Source: Pristiophorus japonicus
Taxonomy: Eukaryota
Direction of reading: 5' to 3'
Length of the DNA stretch: 64,000 nucleotides
Assembly: GCF_044704955.1 (NCBI RefSeq)
Contig: NC_091979.1
Span: 319,424,001 to 319,488,000 of the forward strand
Numbering within the stretch: the first letter of the stretch is position 1; every line of letters begins with the position of its first letter. Positions 23,710 through 35,799 of this stretch are shown piece after piece. The notes under the pieces are model-generated. The model saw only the letters and a list, made by a program, of their open reading frames with translations. It did not search any database and was not told the DNA's origin. The position numbers were made by a program, and so were the translations under genes.

Positions 23710-24570
23710 CGAGGAGCAGAAAGCCCGGAGGTCGGCGAGGAGTTAACTTCTGGCGATGACCTCACAGTCCTCGTCCGGGCAGGTAAATGATTGGCTGTTT
23801 GATTGATAAGTATCTTTCTTTTTCTCTTTCTCTTTCTCTTTTATAATCAGATAAGTCTAATTAGAGGGATGACAGGGCAGCTCAGTCCCATGGACTTTAC
23901 ATCCTGCAGCATGTGGGAAGTCCTGGATGCTTTGTACGGCCTAGACGACCACGTGCGCAGGAGGTGTCTCCAGCTTCAACTACTCCAGCTCCGCGTTTCG
24001 AGCTTGAGTGGCGGCTGGAGTCAATACGGTGCATCCGCGAGGCTGAGAGCTACGTGGATAGCACGTTTCAGGAGGTGGTCACCCTGCAGCTTAAAAGTCT
24101 GCAGGTAACGGTGAAGTGGGTGAACACCAGACGGAGGAAGAATGCTAAACAGGTTGTACAGGATTCCCCCCGAGTCCACCTCGCTTTCCAACCGATATTC
24201 TCTTCTGAGCATCGGTGAGAGCGATGGTGCCTCTGGGGAGTGCAGCCAGAGCCAAGTCCAAGGCACCATGGGTGGTTCAGCTGCACAGCGGGGAGGGACA
24301 AAGAATAAAAGAGCTGTCGTGATAGGGGATTCAATAGTTAGGGGAATAGAGGCCTTTCTGTGGCCGTAGGCTTGACTCCAGGATAGTATGGTGCCTCCCT
24401 GGTGCCATGATCAAGGATGTCACAGAGCAGACGCAGGGCATTCTGGGGGGAGAGAGTCAATAGCTAGAGGTTGTGGTCCATATCGGGACCAATGACATAG
24501 GTAGAACGAGGGATGAGGTCCTGCAGGCAGAATTTAGGGCGCTAGGAGAAAAATTAAAGGGTAGGACCTC
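23710..24570 (+). mobile_element. CR1 5' UTR and ORF1 remnant
   Basis: MTGQLSP..SCSMWE..DDHV..C.QLQ, VVIGDSIVRG, CLPGA and VVVHIGTND. Confidence 0.85.
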
Positions 24571-24574
24571 AAAG

Positions 24575-25375
24575 GGAGTCATCAACATCAGCGGCAGTCC
24601 CTCGGAATCGAGGAGGACTTGCTTCCACTCTTAAAATGAGTTTGTGGGTGGTTGAACAGTCCAATATGAGAACCGCAGACTCTGTCATAGGTGGGGCAGA
24701 TCGTCGTTGAGAGAAGGGGTGGGAAGGACTGGTTTGCCGCACACTCTTTCTGCTGCCTGCGCTTGTTTTCTGCATGCTCTCGGCGATGAGACTTGAGGCA
24801 CTCAGTGCCCTCCCAGATGCACTTCCTCCACTTAGGGCAGTCTTTGGTCAGGGACTCCCAGGTGTCAGTGGGAATATTGCACTTTATCAGCGAGGCTTTG
24901 AGGGTGTCCTTCTAACGTTTCCTCTGCCCAGCTTTGGCTTGTTTGCTGAGTAGAGTGCTTGCTTTGGGAGTCTTGTGTCAGGCATGCGAACAATGTGGCC
25001 TGCCCAGCAGAGCTGATCAAGTGTGGTCAGTGCTTCAATGCTGGGGAGGTTGGCCTGGTCAAGGATGCTAATGTTGGTGCGTCTGTCCTCCCAGAGGATT
25101 TGTAGGATCTTGCAGAGACTTCGTTGGTGGTATCTCTCCAGCGACTTGAGGTGTCTGCTGCACATGGTCCATGTCTCTGAGCCATACAGGAGGACAAGTA
25201 TTACTACAGCCCTGCAGACCATGAGCTTGGTGGCAGTTTTGAGGGTCTGGTCTTCAAACACTCCTTTCCTCAGACGGCCGAAGGCTGCACTGGTGCACTG
25301 GAGGCGGTGTTGCACTTGTTCTCTGCATGCTCTCGACGATGAGACATGAGGTGCTCAGCGCCCTCCCGGATATAC
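24575..25375 (-). mobile_element. RTE-clade LINE 3' fragment
   Basis: AFGRLRKGVF..TKLMVCRAVV..LLYGSETW..WAGHIVRMPDTRLPKQ, with a GAT-like tail near 24578-24590. Confidence 0.88.
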
Positions 25376-25539
25376 TGGGGTAGCACTTTGTAGGAGCACA
25401 TGGAAGACAGGCACTAAGGTAATGCACAAGGGTGATTAGTTGACTTTGTTTGGTTATATCGGATGGATTGATGGATAAAGTTGGATTGGAATGTCTCCTT
25501 TGTGATGGCTTTTAGTTCCACATTGTGGCCAAGCGAATG

Positions 25540-26770
25540 CTGCAATGGTCAGTAACAGAGGAAAGGTAAGGTGTGGGATTATTGTTGAATCGGGAATCGG
25601 GGTTGTGTTCTCTCGTACCCTAGTCGGATTATTCGCTCACGGAAAGCCCGGGAAGGAAGGGCTGTCTGGATTGCCTCCTCCCTTCCACTTCCTCCTTTTC
25701 CACTTCCCCATCTTCCACTTCCTTCTCCTCTTCCTCCTCCTCCTCCTCTGATTCCTCCCCCTCCCTCTCCTCAGCTGGTCACTGTATTGCTGGTGGCAAC
25801 GGCTGTGCTCTCATGGTGGCAAGGTTCGGGAACCTGTAGCAGAGCACGACGGATCTTGAGACGTGATCTAGTGAGTACTGCAGGGCAGCAGAAGCCTTGT
25901 TTAAGGACACAAATGGTCTGCTTTATCAGATTCTGTATGGCAGCACGTCTCTAATTGTACACATGCTACCCATGTGTTGTTGGGTTGCGGAGCAGAGTCA
26001 TGAGCCAGATGTTCAGCGGATAGCCCTTGTCACCCAGCAGCCACCTCTGCTTTGTGTTGGTGGCTCAAAGACTGAGTGAACAGCGGACTGGCACAGACGA
26101 AAGCATCATAACTGCTGCAAGGAAACCGGGCATTCAGCATCATGATGTGCTGAGCATGGTCGCACACCAACTGCACATTCAGCGAGTGGTAACCTTTGCG
26201 GTTGTGGTACATCTCAGCACTTGGTGTGGCACCCACAAAGCTACATGCGTGCAGTCAATGGCACCCTGCACCATGGGGAATCCCGTTACCCTGGTAAAGC
26301 AGGTGCGCACTCTGCCTGGATCTCTCTGGTCAGAGAGAAAACAATGAAGTCACCTCTCCTGGCATAAAGAGCATCTGTCACATCTCTTATATAGTAATGG
26401 GCAGCGAATTGGGAGATATTACAGATGTTGCCTGCTCCAGCTGGAAAGGATCCAGATGCAAAAAAATTGGGACCACGGTGACCTTATCAGCCATTGCCCT
26501 AGAGTGAGGCTGCAGGTCATGTTGTGGGAGGTAGCAGAGTTTGTGAGCATCACCAAGTAAAGTGCACGCACCTCACTCACTGCTCCTGGCTCAGGCTGAG
26601 GTAAGAGAATTGCTCTCGGAAGACCCTAAGTGGTTAATGCCTCCTGCTGAGAGACCTTATTCCCCTCCTCCTCCTCCCTCTGTGAGCAGCTTGTTCTCTT
26701 CTTCGCTGCCTCTGCTCCATCTCCCTGTCATGCTGCAGGCCAAGGGGAAATACAACTAGAACACCCATGT
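25540..26770 (-). mobile_element. PIF/Harbinger transposase pseudogene (second copy)
   Basis: NRKGYHSLNVQLVCD..NARFPCSSYD, GAIDCTHV (gtgcagtcaatggcacc on the + strand) and an acidic tail. Homologous to 10562-11705. Confidence 0.85.
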
Positions 26771-27416
26771 CTGGGAGCAAGTGGGCTGACCAGAAAACTT
26801 GAAATCAGAAACAAGGCCCTCTCCATTTGCCGCACCACTCCGTCACCCACCAAATTTAAACAACTCGAAAAAGCTCCAAACGGTTCCACAAACTTACACG
26901 GAGCCAGTGGAAATTAATCAGCAACTGACCTGAGAGTGGTTGATGATCCCTTTAAATATCACTGGTCGGGCGTCCTTTCAGCTGCTGAACCCTGTTCAGC
27001 TGTGCGAGGGTAACACAGGGAGTTTCCTGCACCATTGAGGATGAAAATAGCAGTTCTGGTGTCAAACTATCATTGCACGCTGACTGAGGTCACGATGTTC
27101 CCAATCTATATAATCTGGCACACGCTCCAAGCGCCGACACTAACGTCCTCAGAAAGATGGTGTCCAGCACGGCCTGCACCAGAATTGTGCGAGCACGGCG
27201 CGGATGCTGTTTTGACCCAAAAAGGCGCCTGTAGCGCCCAAACAACAGGTATTACGCAATCAAATTTTTAGTCCCAGGTGTCTGTTTAGTACCTCCAGGC
27301 GTTCAAATTGTGGTAATCACCAATTAGGACTAAAATTGTATGCTAAATCCAGACTTTCAAACAGGCGGGTCTTATTAGCACTGCTCCATTTCGCACCTGT
27401 TTTCAACCATTTGGTT

Positions 27417-27495
27417 CTTTGTTACATTTTATAGGTTTAGTTTCTATTCACATTCAGACAATGATTTAAGCAATAACTGACTGAACAGGATAAAC
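27417..27495 (+). promoter_or_regulatory. IFIT copy 2 promoter: one ISRE-like site retained, the upstream ISRE and TATA degenerate
   Basis: AGTTTCTATTC at 27439-27449. The upstream site reads TGTTACATTTT and the TATA position reads GGATAAAC. Confidence 0.6.
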
Positions 27496-27598
27496 GAGCT
27501 GGAAAACAATACATCAACACACTTCTCGATCAACTCTCCATTGGAAGTACAGTTGGAGCTGAAAAGGGAATTCAACGCATTGTCCATCGATCAGCACT

Positions 27599-27603
27599 AT
27601 GAG
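27599..27603 (+). CDS. IFIT: IFIT copy 2 coding exon 1 (ATGAG|GTAACG)
   Basis: Homologous to 3061-3065. The intron spans 27604-29895. Confidence 0.85.
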
Positions 27604-29895
27604 GTAACGGTCATTGGAATTCCTCCTTTATTTAAATTTACGTGGAGACTATCGAAGGAGCTAGTTTTCAGAAATAAAGTAGCTTACATTACAAAGCAGT
27701 TGAAATGCAGAGAGCTGGGATTAGTGGCTCACAGTGAGACACACAGATAAGGGAACACTGCTGCACCAAGACTGGTGATAGTCAGTAAACATGAGGCAAA
27801 AGGCAGACCTGTTCTTAGGATTATAACTCAAACAACAATTTACATTATTTTTGACTCGGCTTTGTTGAAAGTACAAAGTTAAACTTGAATATTATACTGT
27901 GGTGGAAAGGCGTATTCTGTAAGTGCCCTCAGGTCATATCCAGAGTTTGAAGAAAGAAAGTTTCACTTTGTGTTCCATGGGAATCTAGAAGGGATCTACT
28001 AATGTAAAATAGTGATTTCCAGCACTTTCATATATCCATACTAAAGCAACCTGAACTATAAAGCAAAGGGAGAGTACAGCATGGACTGTGATGGGGGGAT
28101 GGACACAGCACGAAATGCAGGAGGAGAGTGCCAGCTTAAAGTGTGTAGGAGAAGGAAAAGTGCTGACTTACATTGAGAATGTGGGCGGGGGAGAAGAGTG
28201 CTGACATGAACTGGGGGAAAGGACAGGTGCAGCAGTTTGAACGGAGCAGCAAAGGGAGGAAAGCCACCATGAACTGGGGCAGGGGTAAGAATGACAGCTT
28301 GGATTGTGGGGGGAGGGAGACGAGTGCCAACAGGAACAAGAGGCCGACGGAGTAGAGTGCAAGGAGAAGCTGGGATGACTGGGGGATGAAGTGCATCGAC
28401 GTGAATTTAACAGCAAGGAAGAAAGAATTTGTATTGATGTAACACATTATCACACCTCTTAGAAATGCCCCAAAGTGCTTCACATTCAGTGAATTATTTT
28501 GCAGTGCAGTCACTGTTGTTTTGTCGGGAAATGCGACAATTCAGTTTGCAGAACAACAATAACTGGCAATTATATAGCACTTTTCACCGAGTAAAACATC
28601 CCACAGTGCTTCACAGCAACGTAATCAGACAACAATGGACACCGAGGCAAAGAAGGGGACGGTTAGAGGGATGACAAAAGCTTAGTCAAAGAGATAGGAG
28701 ATTGTAAAGGAGGAGAGTGAGGTGGAGAGGTTCAGCGAGGGAATTCCAGAGTATCGGGCCTGTCTGGTCTGATGGCTCGGCCACCATCAGTGGGTGAAGT
28801 GGGAGAAGGACACGAGCCCGAGTTAGAGTAACACAGAATTCACGGATAATGCCATAGAATCTATGAGGTCCACTTGATCCACTGGAATAGGCAGAGGCTG
28901 CCTTGGTTTAACATCACACCTGGAGGATGGCATGGTGGAAGATTTTCAGCAGGGTAAGAGTCAGTTCATGAAACATGGTCTTTCAGAATGCTGATATCTT
29001 TGTGTTGGGCCTTTTCTGCTTTAAGGATGAGATTGGAGAGTGTTACATAGGATAGACAGCACAGAAACCGGCCATTCAGCCCAACCAGTCCATGTTGGTT
29101 TATGCTCCACTCGAGCCTCCTCCTGTCTTTCCTCAGCTAATTCTATCTGCATAACCCTCTAATCCCTTCTCCCTCATTTGCTTATCTAGTCTCCCCTTAA
29201 ATGCATCGATACTATTTACTTCAACCACTCCCTATGGTCGCGAGTTCCACATTCTCACCGCTCTCTGGGTAAAGAAGTTTCTTTTGTATTCCCTATTTGA
29301 TTTCTTGGTGTCTATCTTACACCTGATGGCCTCTAGTTTTGCTCCTCCTCACAGTGGAAACACTCTCTCTGTGTCGACTCTATCATAAACTTTCATAATG
29401 TGAAAGACCTCTCGGTTCTCCTTCCGCATGTTGGGGTGGGGAATGACCTGCTCACAGACAGCAGGGTCCCTGTGGAGGACCAGGTTGATGATCTGTTTAG
29501 TGGAGAGTTACCTGGACTGCCAATGTGAGAGGGAGAGTGTTTTAGAATTAGCTCTGACCTTTTTAGTGAGGAACTCCCATTTCAGAATGGAATGCATGAA
29601 TGAAAAGGAGTGGAGGTGTTTGAGGCGATGCTGCACATTGAGCGAGAAGACTAAATGTCCAGGAGCTGGTACATCAGCGAGCATGAAGGAGACCAGTGTG
29701 AGTACAGCTGAGATTTGCAGTCATACCTTTTCCTTTTGCAGTCGTTTTTGCAGAGGTCACCTTTGTGTGACCAGAGATTTCATGGTTAGTGGATCCAGGA
29801 GTCGGGAGAAGGCTTTAGTTAAAGAAACCGGAGAGAGGGGAGGGGGTGACACAGCCAGTCTGAGACGGGTTTTGATGAATTTTGTTCTCTTGCAG

Positions 29896-31348
29896 CAACA
29901 CACAGAAGGATTTGTTGAAAGTGAAGCTCGATCAGCTTCAATGTCACTTCACGTGGGGCCCACAGAAAGAAAACATTGACTTGGACAACATGAAGTATAG
30001 ATTGCAAGATTCAATACAGGCTGGTGTGAAATATCAGGCCAGGTCTTACAACCACCTCACTTTTGTAAACTGTCTGCAAGGCAACTGTGAAGAGGCAATT
30101 AAAAACTTAAAGGAAGCTGAAAAGATTCTGAGGGAGAACCATGAACATGAATTTGAAAGAAGAAGCATCATCACCTATGGAAACTATGCCTGGGTATATT
30201 ATCACATGGGCCAACTGACAGAGGCCCAGTCCTACCTCGACAAGCTGGAGATGATCTGTAAACAATTTACTGATGGCTCTCGGTATACAGCACTGATACC
30301 TGAAGTATACGGGGAGAAGGGTTGGTCACTGTTGAATTCTCCTAGTCAATACTATGAAGAGGCAAAGGAATGTTTTGAGAAGGCTCTGGAGGAAGATCCT
30401 GATGACACTGAATGGAACGTTGGCTATGCGACTGCTCTGTTCCGTCTGGAAGGGATTTCTGGTACCCCAGAGAGTGGTGACCGCAGCCAATCAGTGAAGC
30501 AGTTGCGACGTGTGCTGGAACTTGATCCAGATGACTCTGTAACCATGGTGCTGTTGGCTCTAAAACTACAAGAGTTCAATCAAAAGGAGGAAGCACTGAA
30601 ATTAGTTGAACAAGCATTGCAGAAGTCCCCTGATCTTCCATATGTAACTCGTTATGCAGCAAAGTTTTACAGAAGAGAAGGAGATGTGGAAAAAGCTGTG
30701 GAGCTATTGAAGAAAGCATTAGAAATTAGCACAAACTCTACCTTCATACACCACCAAATAGGTCTGTGTTACAGAAAAAAACTATTTCAACTGATCAAAT
30801 ATCCAGGCAGCAAAGACCTTCGCAATGCTGCTTTTCAACAGAAAACTGAGTTGATCAAACTATGCAAGTACCATTTTGAAAAGGCATTTGAGCCCCGCCC
30901 ATTAACATTTATTTTTGCACAACTGGATTTTGCAGGAATCTGTTCATTAAATGGAGAATATCTCAAAGCAGAGGAGATTTACAGTAATCTACTGAAATTA
31001 GAGGATTTTCATCCTGATAATAAGCAGGCAGTATATGCGCAGTTTGGGTTATATGAACTGCATCACAAAAGATCTGAATCAAATGCCATCAGCTATTTTC
31101 TGGAAGGACTTAAAATCCAACGTGACACAGTGGAATGGCAATTGTGTCGCGAAAACTTGAGAAAGATTGCAACAAAACAAATTGACAGGAATCCCAGAGA
31201 CAGCAAGGCCTTTGGTGTTCTTGGGTTACTGCACCAGCTGGATGGGGAGAAGTGTGAAGCTATTGAGTGCTTTGAAAAGGCTTTGGAGTTTGATTGTGAC
31301 AATGAAGAATATCTAAGTGCTCTTTGTGAATTACGCCTTTCTATCTAA
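29896..31348 (+). CDS. IFIT: IFIT family protein copy 2, exon 2 (485 aa spliced)
   Basis: Intact ORF with all IFIT motifs, acceptor ttgcag|C and a TAA stop. Confidence 0.96.
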
Positions 31349-31385
31349 ATCAACGACGACTCTCCCAGCTAAAACTAAACACAGC

Positions 31386-31885
31386 GGGTAGAGTTTCTGC
31401 TTTGGGTGCAAATTGCACTTGAAGTTACGCTGGTTAGATTACAGTTTAAGTTTCCACTAAATGCATTTGCTTAATTACAAACGTAAAATCTTCCAAGAAC
31501 CAGTGCAGTCAGTCAGTGTAACAGAATGTAATCAGTTATTTTTTGCATTAAAAATATTCATTGATATATTTAAGAGTGGCAATTGGTGCAGCTTTATTGA
31601 TACAGCTGAAAATGGATGTAACCTGCAAAATTAAATATTTTTAGTCAGTCTTTCAGCTGTGCTTTACCTGATTTAAGATGATGAAAATGGCTTTAAAATC
31701 TATACTGAACCAGTTATAAGTTTTATTGTTGTACACTAGTCAGACTTTTAATAATTTAAATATTTTTAAGATGTAAAACCTATTAAATTGTGCCTACTAG
31801 TGCCTGGGCACCTCAGAAAACCAGCTCAATTTGAAAACGCTCCTCGAAAGGTTGCAAATGGACGCAATGGGCGGAAACTCACCAT
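31386..31885. mobile_element. AT-rich MITE-like element in the 3' UTR of copy 2 (also in copy 3 at about 57013-57512)
   Basis: gggtagagtttctgc (31386-31400) and gcggaaactcacc (31871-31883) form imperfect TIRs. Absent after the copy 1 stop region. Confidence 0.5.
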
Positions 31886-33103
31886 CCTTGTTATTTCTAT
31901 CTGGGGGTGTGGCCAGTTTTGTGGGCGGCGCCAGCTTCGGGCAGAAAGCTTTTTAAACCAGGGCTAAAGATCCCGGAAATCTCGGTTGATGCTTGACAGA
32001 ACTTATGCTCGAGTTTCTGCGATCTTTTGCACTGGTTCGGCCGATTTCACCCGGATTATGCAATTTCCCTGCTACACGGGATGGCCGGTATCATGCCTGA
32101 AGAAAGATTAATTTCTCTCTCTCTCTGTGTAACGAGCCGCCCGCAGCTCCCTGATTTGCAGCCTCTTCAATGGATGGGGAACAACAGCCTGTCGGGTGAA
32201 GCAACAACCGCGGGCCCTTTGCTCAATAAAACCTGGCGGGATAGCATCAGAGTCCTGAATAAGAGATGAATTATTGTTTGGTGGGGGACAGGATGAGTGC
32301 CAGTGCTCCTTCAGAATAATGTGGGCTTAATTTTATTCATCCCACTGCTGACAAGGAGCCTCAGTCACTGACATTGTTAAAACGGGATGGTCGGTATCAC
32401 GCCTGAAGAAAGATTATGTTCTCTCTCTCCCTGTAACGAGCCGCCCGCAGCTCCCTGATTTCCTGCCTCTTCAATGGAAGCGGTTAATTTCCACCACGGC
32501 TAAGGGATATAAAAATAAGTTAAAATGATGAAAAATAATAAAGCTTTATAGTTGCAGATACAGATTTCCCAATGAGAAATGTTAATTTGCTGTAATATCA
32601 GAGATTGAGTGTTAAAATAACCAATAAAAAGATACTACAACTACAATTTTATTTGTGTCATTGATCTGCGCTAATGCTGACAGTAAGTGTCACTCATAAT
32701 CCACACTTTGTGATGGTGAACTGTACCAGCTCTGTAAGGAACATTCAGACCAGCCTTTAACACAGGCAGTAAACTAAACAGCTGTTGATTGTGGAGTGAA
32801 ACATGGCCCTTACACTGCTAGCTGTAGCCATAATGCTATTAGAGAAAGGTGAGGGAGGAATGGTTGGGAAGATCCAGAGGAATGGGACAATGGAAGAATC
32901 TAACATTGGGAGAGGCTGCAGACGCCTCACATCATATTTAGACCTATTGGAAAAGCAGCCCCTGGAAGGGTTCAGCTTTTCTGTGGAGGTATTGTCCCAG
33001 GTCTGTGCAATGCTGGAAACTAGTTTTAAGGTATTGGAGGGGCTGCACAGACACCTGTGTGTGGGAGGGCGGAGGGGGGGGGCTAAATTGGACAGCCCCG
33101 AAG

Positions 33104-33490
33104 ACATAAGAACATTCAAAATCAGAGCAGGAGGAGGCCATTTGGCCCTTCGAGCCTGCTCCGCCATTCAATGAGATCATGACTGATGTACCTCAATTCC
33201 ACCTTCCCGCACTATCCCCATATCCTTTAATTCCCTTTGTTCCCAAAATTTTATCGGCCTCTGTCTTGAATATACTCAACGACTGAGCATCCACAGCTCT
33301 CTGGGGTAGAGAATTGCCAAGGTTCACACCCCTTTGAGTGAAGACATTTCTCCTCATCTCAGTCCTAAATTGCCTATCCCTTATTCTGTGACTGTGACTC
33401 TGTGTTCTAAATTCCCCAGACAGGGAAAACATTTACCCAGCATTAACCCCCCAGCATTAACCCTGTCAAGCGCCGTAAGAATTTTATATC
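33104..33490 (-). mobile_element. CR1 3' end fragment (duplicate at about 58733-59110)
   Basis: HSHRIRDRQFRTEMRRNVFTQRGVNLGNSLP plus a TTCTTATGT-like tail. Confidence 0.85.
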
Positions 33491-33589
33491 TTTCAATTTT
33501 TCAATTGTGTTAAAACAAATTATCTTTTTTTCACGGGGCACTCTTTTTGGAGCAAGGGAAGAACATTTCCGGTTAAAAGGACTGCTTCT

Positions 33590-34925
33590 CCCGCTACAAT
33601 CCCCGGCCGAAAGGACTGTTCCCCACTGGCTGGACCCAGTACAATCTCCCGAAAGGACTGTTCCTCACCGGCTGGACCCACTACAATCCCCCCGAAAGGA
33701 CTGTTCCCCACCGGCTGGACCCACTACAGTCCCCTGAAAGGACTGTTCCCCACCGGCTGGACCCAGTACAATCTCCCGAAAGGACTGTTCCTCACCGGCT
33801 GGACCCACTACAATCCCCGGAAAGGACTGTTCCTCACCGGCTGGACCCACTACAATCCCCGAAAAGACTGCTCCTCACCGGCTGGACCCACTACAATCCA
33901 CCCGAAAGGACTGTTCCCCACCGGCTGGACCCAATACAATCCACCCCGAAAGGACTGTTCCTCACTGGCTGGACCCACTACAATCCCCCCGAAAGGACTG
34001 TTCCACACCGGCTGGACCCAGTACAATCCCCCCGAAAGGACTGTTCCCCATCGGCTGGACCCACTACAATCTCCCGAAAGGACTGTTCCTCACCGGCTGG
34101 ACACACTACAATCCCCCGAAAGAACTGTTCCCCACCGGCTGGACCCAGTACAATCCCCCCGAAAGGACTGTTCCCCACCGGCTGGACCCACTACAATCCC
34201 CGGAAAGGATTGTTCCCCACCGGCTGGACCCAGTACAATCTCCCGAAAGGACAGTTCCTCACCGGCTGGACCCAGTACAATCCCCCCGAAAGGACTGTTC
34301 CCCACCGGCTGGACCCACTACAATCCCCGGAAAGGACTGTTCCCCACCGGCTGGACCCAGTACAATCCCCCCGAAAGGACTGTTCCCCACCGGCTGGACC
34401 CACTACAATCTCCCGAAAGGACAGTCCCTCACCGGCTGGACCCACTACAATCCCCTGAAAGGACTGTTCCCCACTGGCTGGACCCACTACAATCCCCCCG
34501 AAAGGACTGTTCCCCACCGGCTGGACCCACTACAATCCCCGGAAAGGACTGTTCCCCACTGGCTGGACCCACTACAATCTCCCGAAAGGACAGTCCCTCA
34601 CCGGCTGGACCCACTACAATCCCCTGAAAGGACTGTTCCCCACTGGCTGGACCCACTACAATCTCCCGAAAGGACAGTCCCTCACCGGCTGGACCCACTA
34701 CAATCCCCTGAAAGGACTGTTCCCCACTGGCTGGACCCACTACAATCCCCCCGAAAGGACTGTTCCCCACTGGCTGGACCCACTACAATCCCCCCGAAAG
34801 GACTGTTCCTCACCGGCTGGACCCACTACAATCCCCCCGAAAGGACTGTTCCCCACCGGCTGTGCCCACTACAATCCCCCCGAAAGGACTGTTCCCCACC
34901 GGCTGGACCCACTACAATCCCGGAC
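33590..34925. repeat. 42-43-bp minisatellite, about 31 units
   Basis: Unit CCGGCTGGACCCA(C/G)TACAATCCCCC(C)GAAAGGACTGTTCC(C/T)CA. The paralogous shorter array is at 59220-59705. Confidence 0.95.
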
Positions 34926-35259
34926 TGAATGGCCCCCCCCGGTCACCCTGCGAGTTGAAGTTCAGGAGCGGGAGGGCCATTCGGCTGGGGATTGAAGCTG
35001 GTGGGGAGCAGTCCTTTCAGGGGAGCGGGTTTTAGCTTGCATCAGCGTCTCTGGTTGTCCTGGCAACTTCAGCTTTTCGCGCATGCCCAGAGAGTTTTTA
35101 ACGTAGACTTGTAGCTCCGCCCCAAACTAACTTCGGAGGGCGTTGTGCCAAATTCAAATATTTCTTTGACGAAAGTCCCAATTTTATTTCTCTGCCGCAA
35201 ACGTACAGAAAAAAATCATACATTAACATGTATTGGCGCCAAAAATCCAGCAAGTAGAA

Positions 35260-35700
35260 AATAGGGGCATTTATCTCTCTGCAGCCTCTTTGTGTGCTCC
35301 TCTCAGCTTACTTTCCCACCTAACTTTGTATCATCAGCAAAGTTGGATACGTTTTACACCGTCCCTTCATCGAAGTCATTAATATAGATTGTAAATAGCT
35401 GAGGCCCAAGCACTGAACCTTGAGGTACCCCTCGAGTCACAGCCTGCCAAACTTAAACATTCTTGTTTATTCCTACTCTCTGTTTTCTGTCCATTAACCA
35501 GTTTCAATCCATGCTAATATATTACCCCCAATACCATGAGACGTAATTTTGTGTAATAACCTCTTGTGTGACACCTTATTGAATGTTTTTTGAAAATCCA
35601 AATACACTACACCCACTGGTTTTCCCCTTATCCATCCTGCAAGTTACATCTTCAAAAAACTCAAAACAGATTTGTCAAACACGATTTCCCATTCATAAAA
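35260..35700 (-). mobile_element. CR1 RT fragment (duplicate at about 60060-60490)
   Basis: Homologous to 1000-1406 (tttgtatcatcagcaaa = FADDTK on the minus strand; aaatccaaatacactac = VVYLDF). Confidence 0.75.
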
Positions 35701-35799
35701 GATGGGTGCAGGGATCATGAAGTGCGATTAACCTGTGGCTGTTAATTGCAATGCAGGCAGCAAGTCAACTTTGTGCTGCCTGCTCATTTGAATGATCTG

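Noticed and set aside
33590-34925. Regular arrays (also 7675-8120, 23005-23705 and 38775-39320) as CRISPR arrays
   Set aside because: The units are head-to-tail with no unique spacers, there are no cas genes and the context is eukaryotic.
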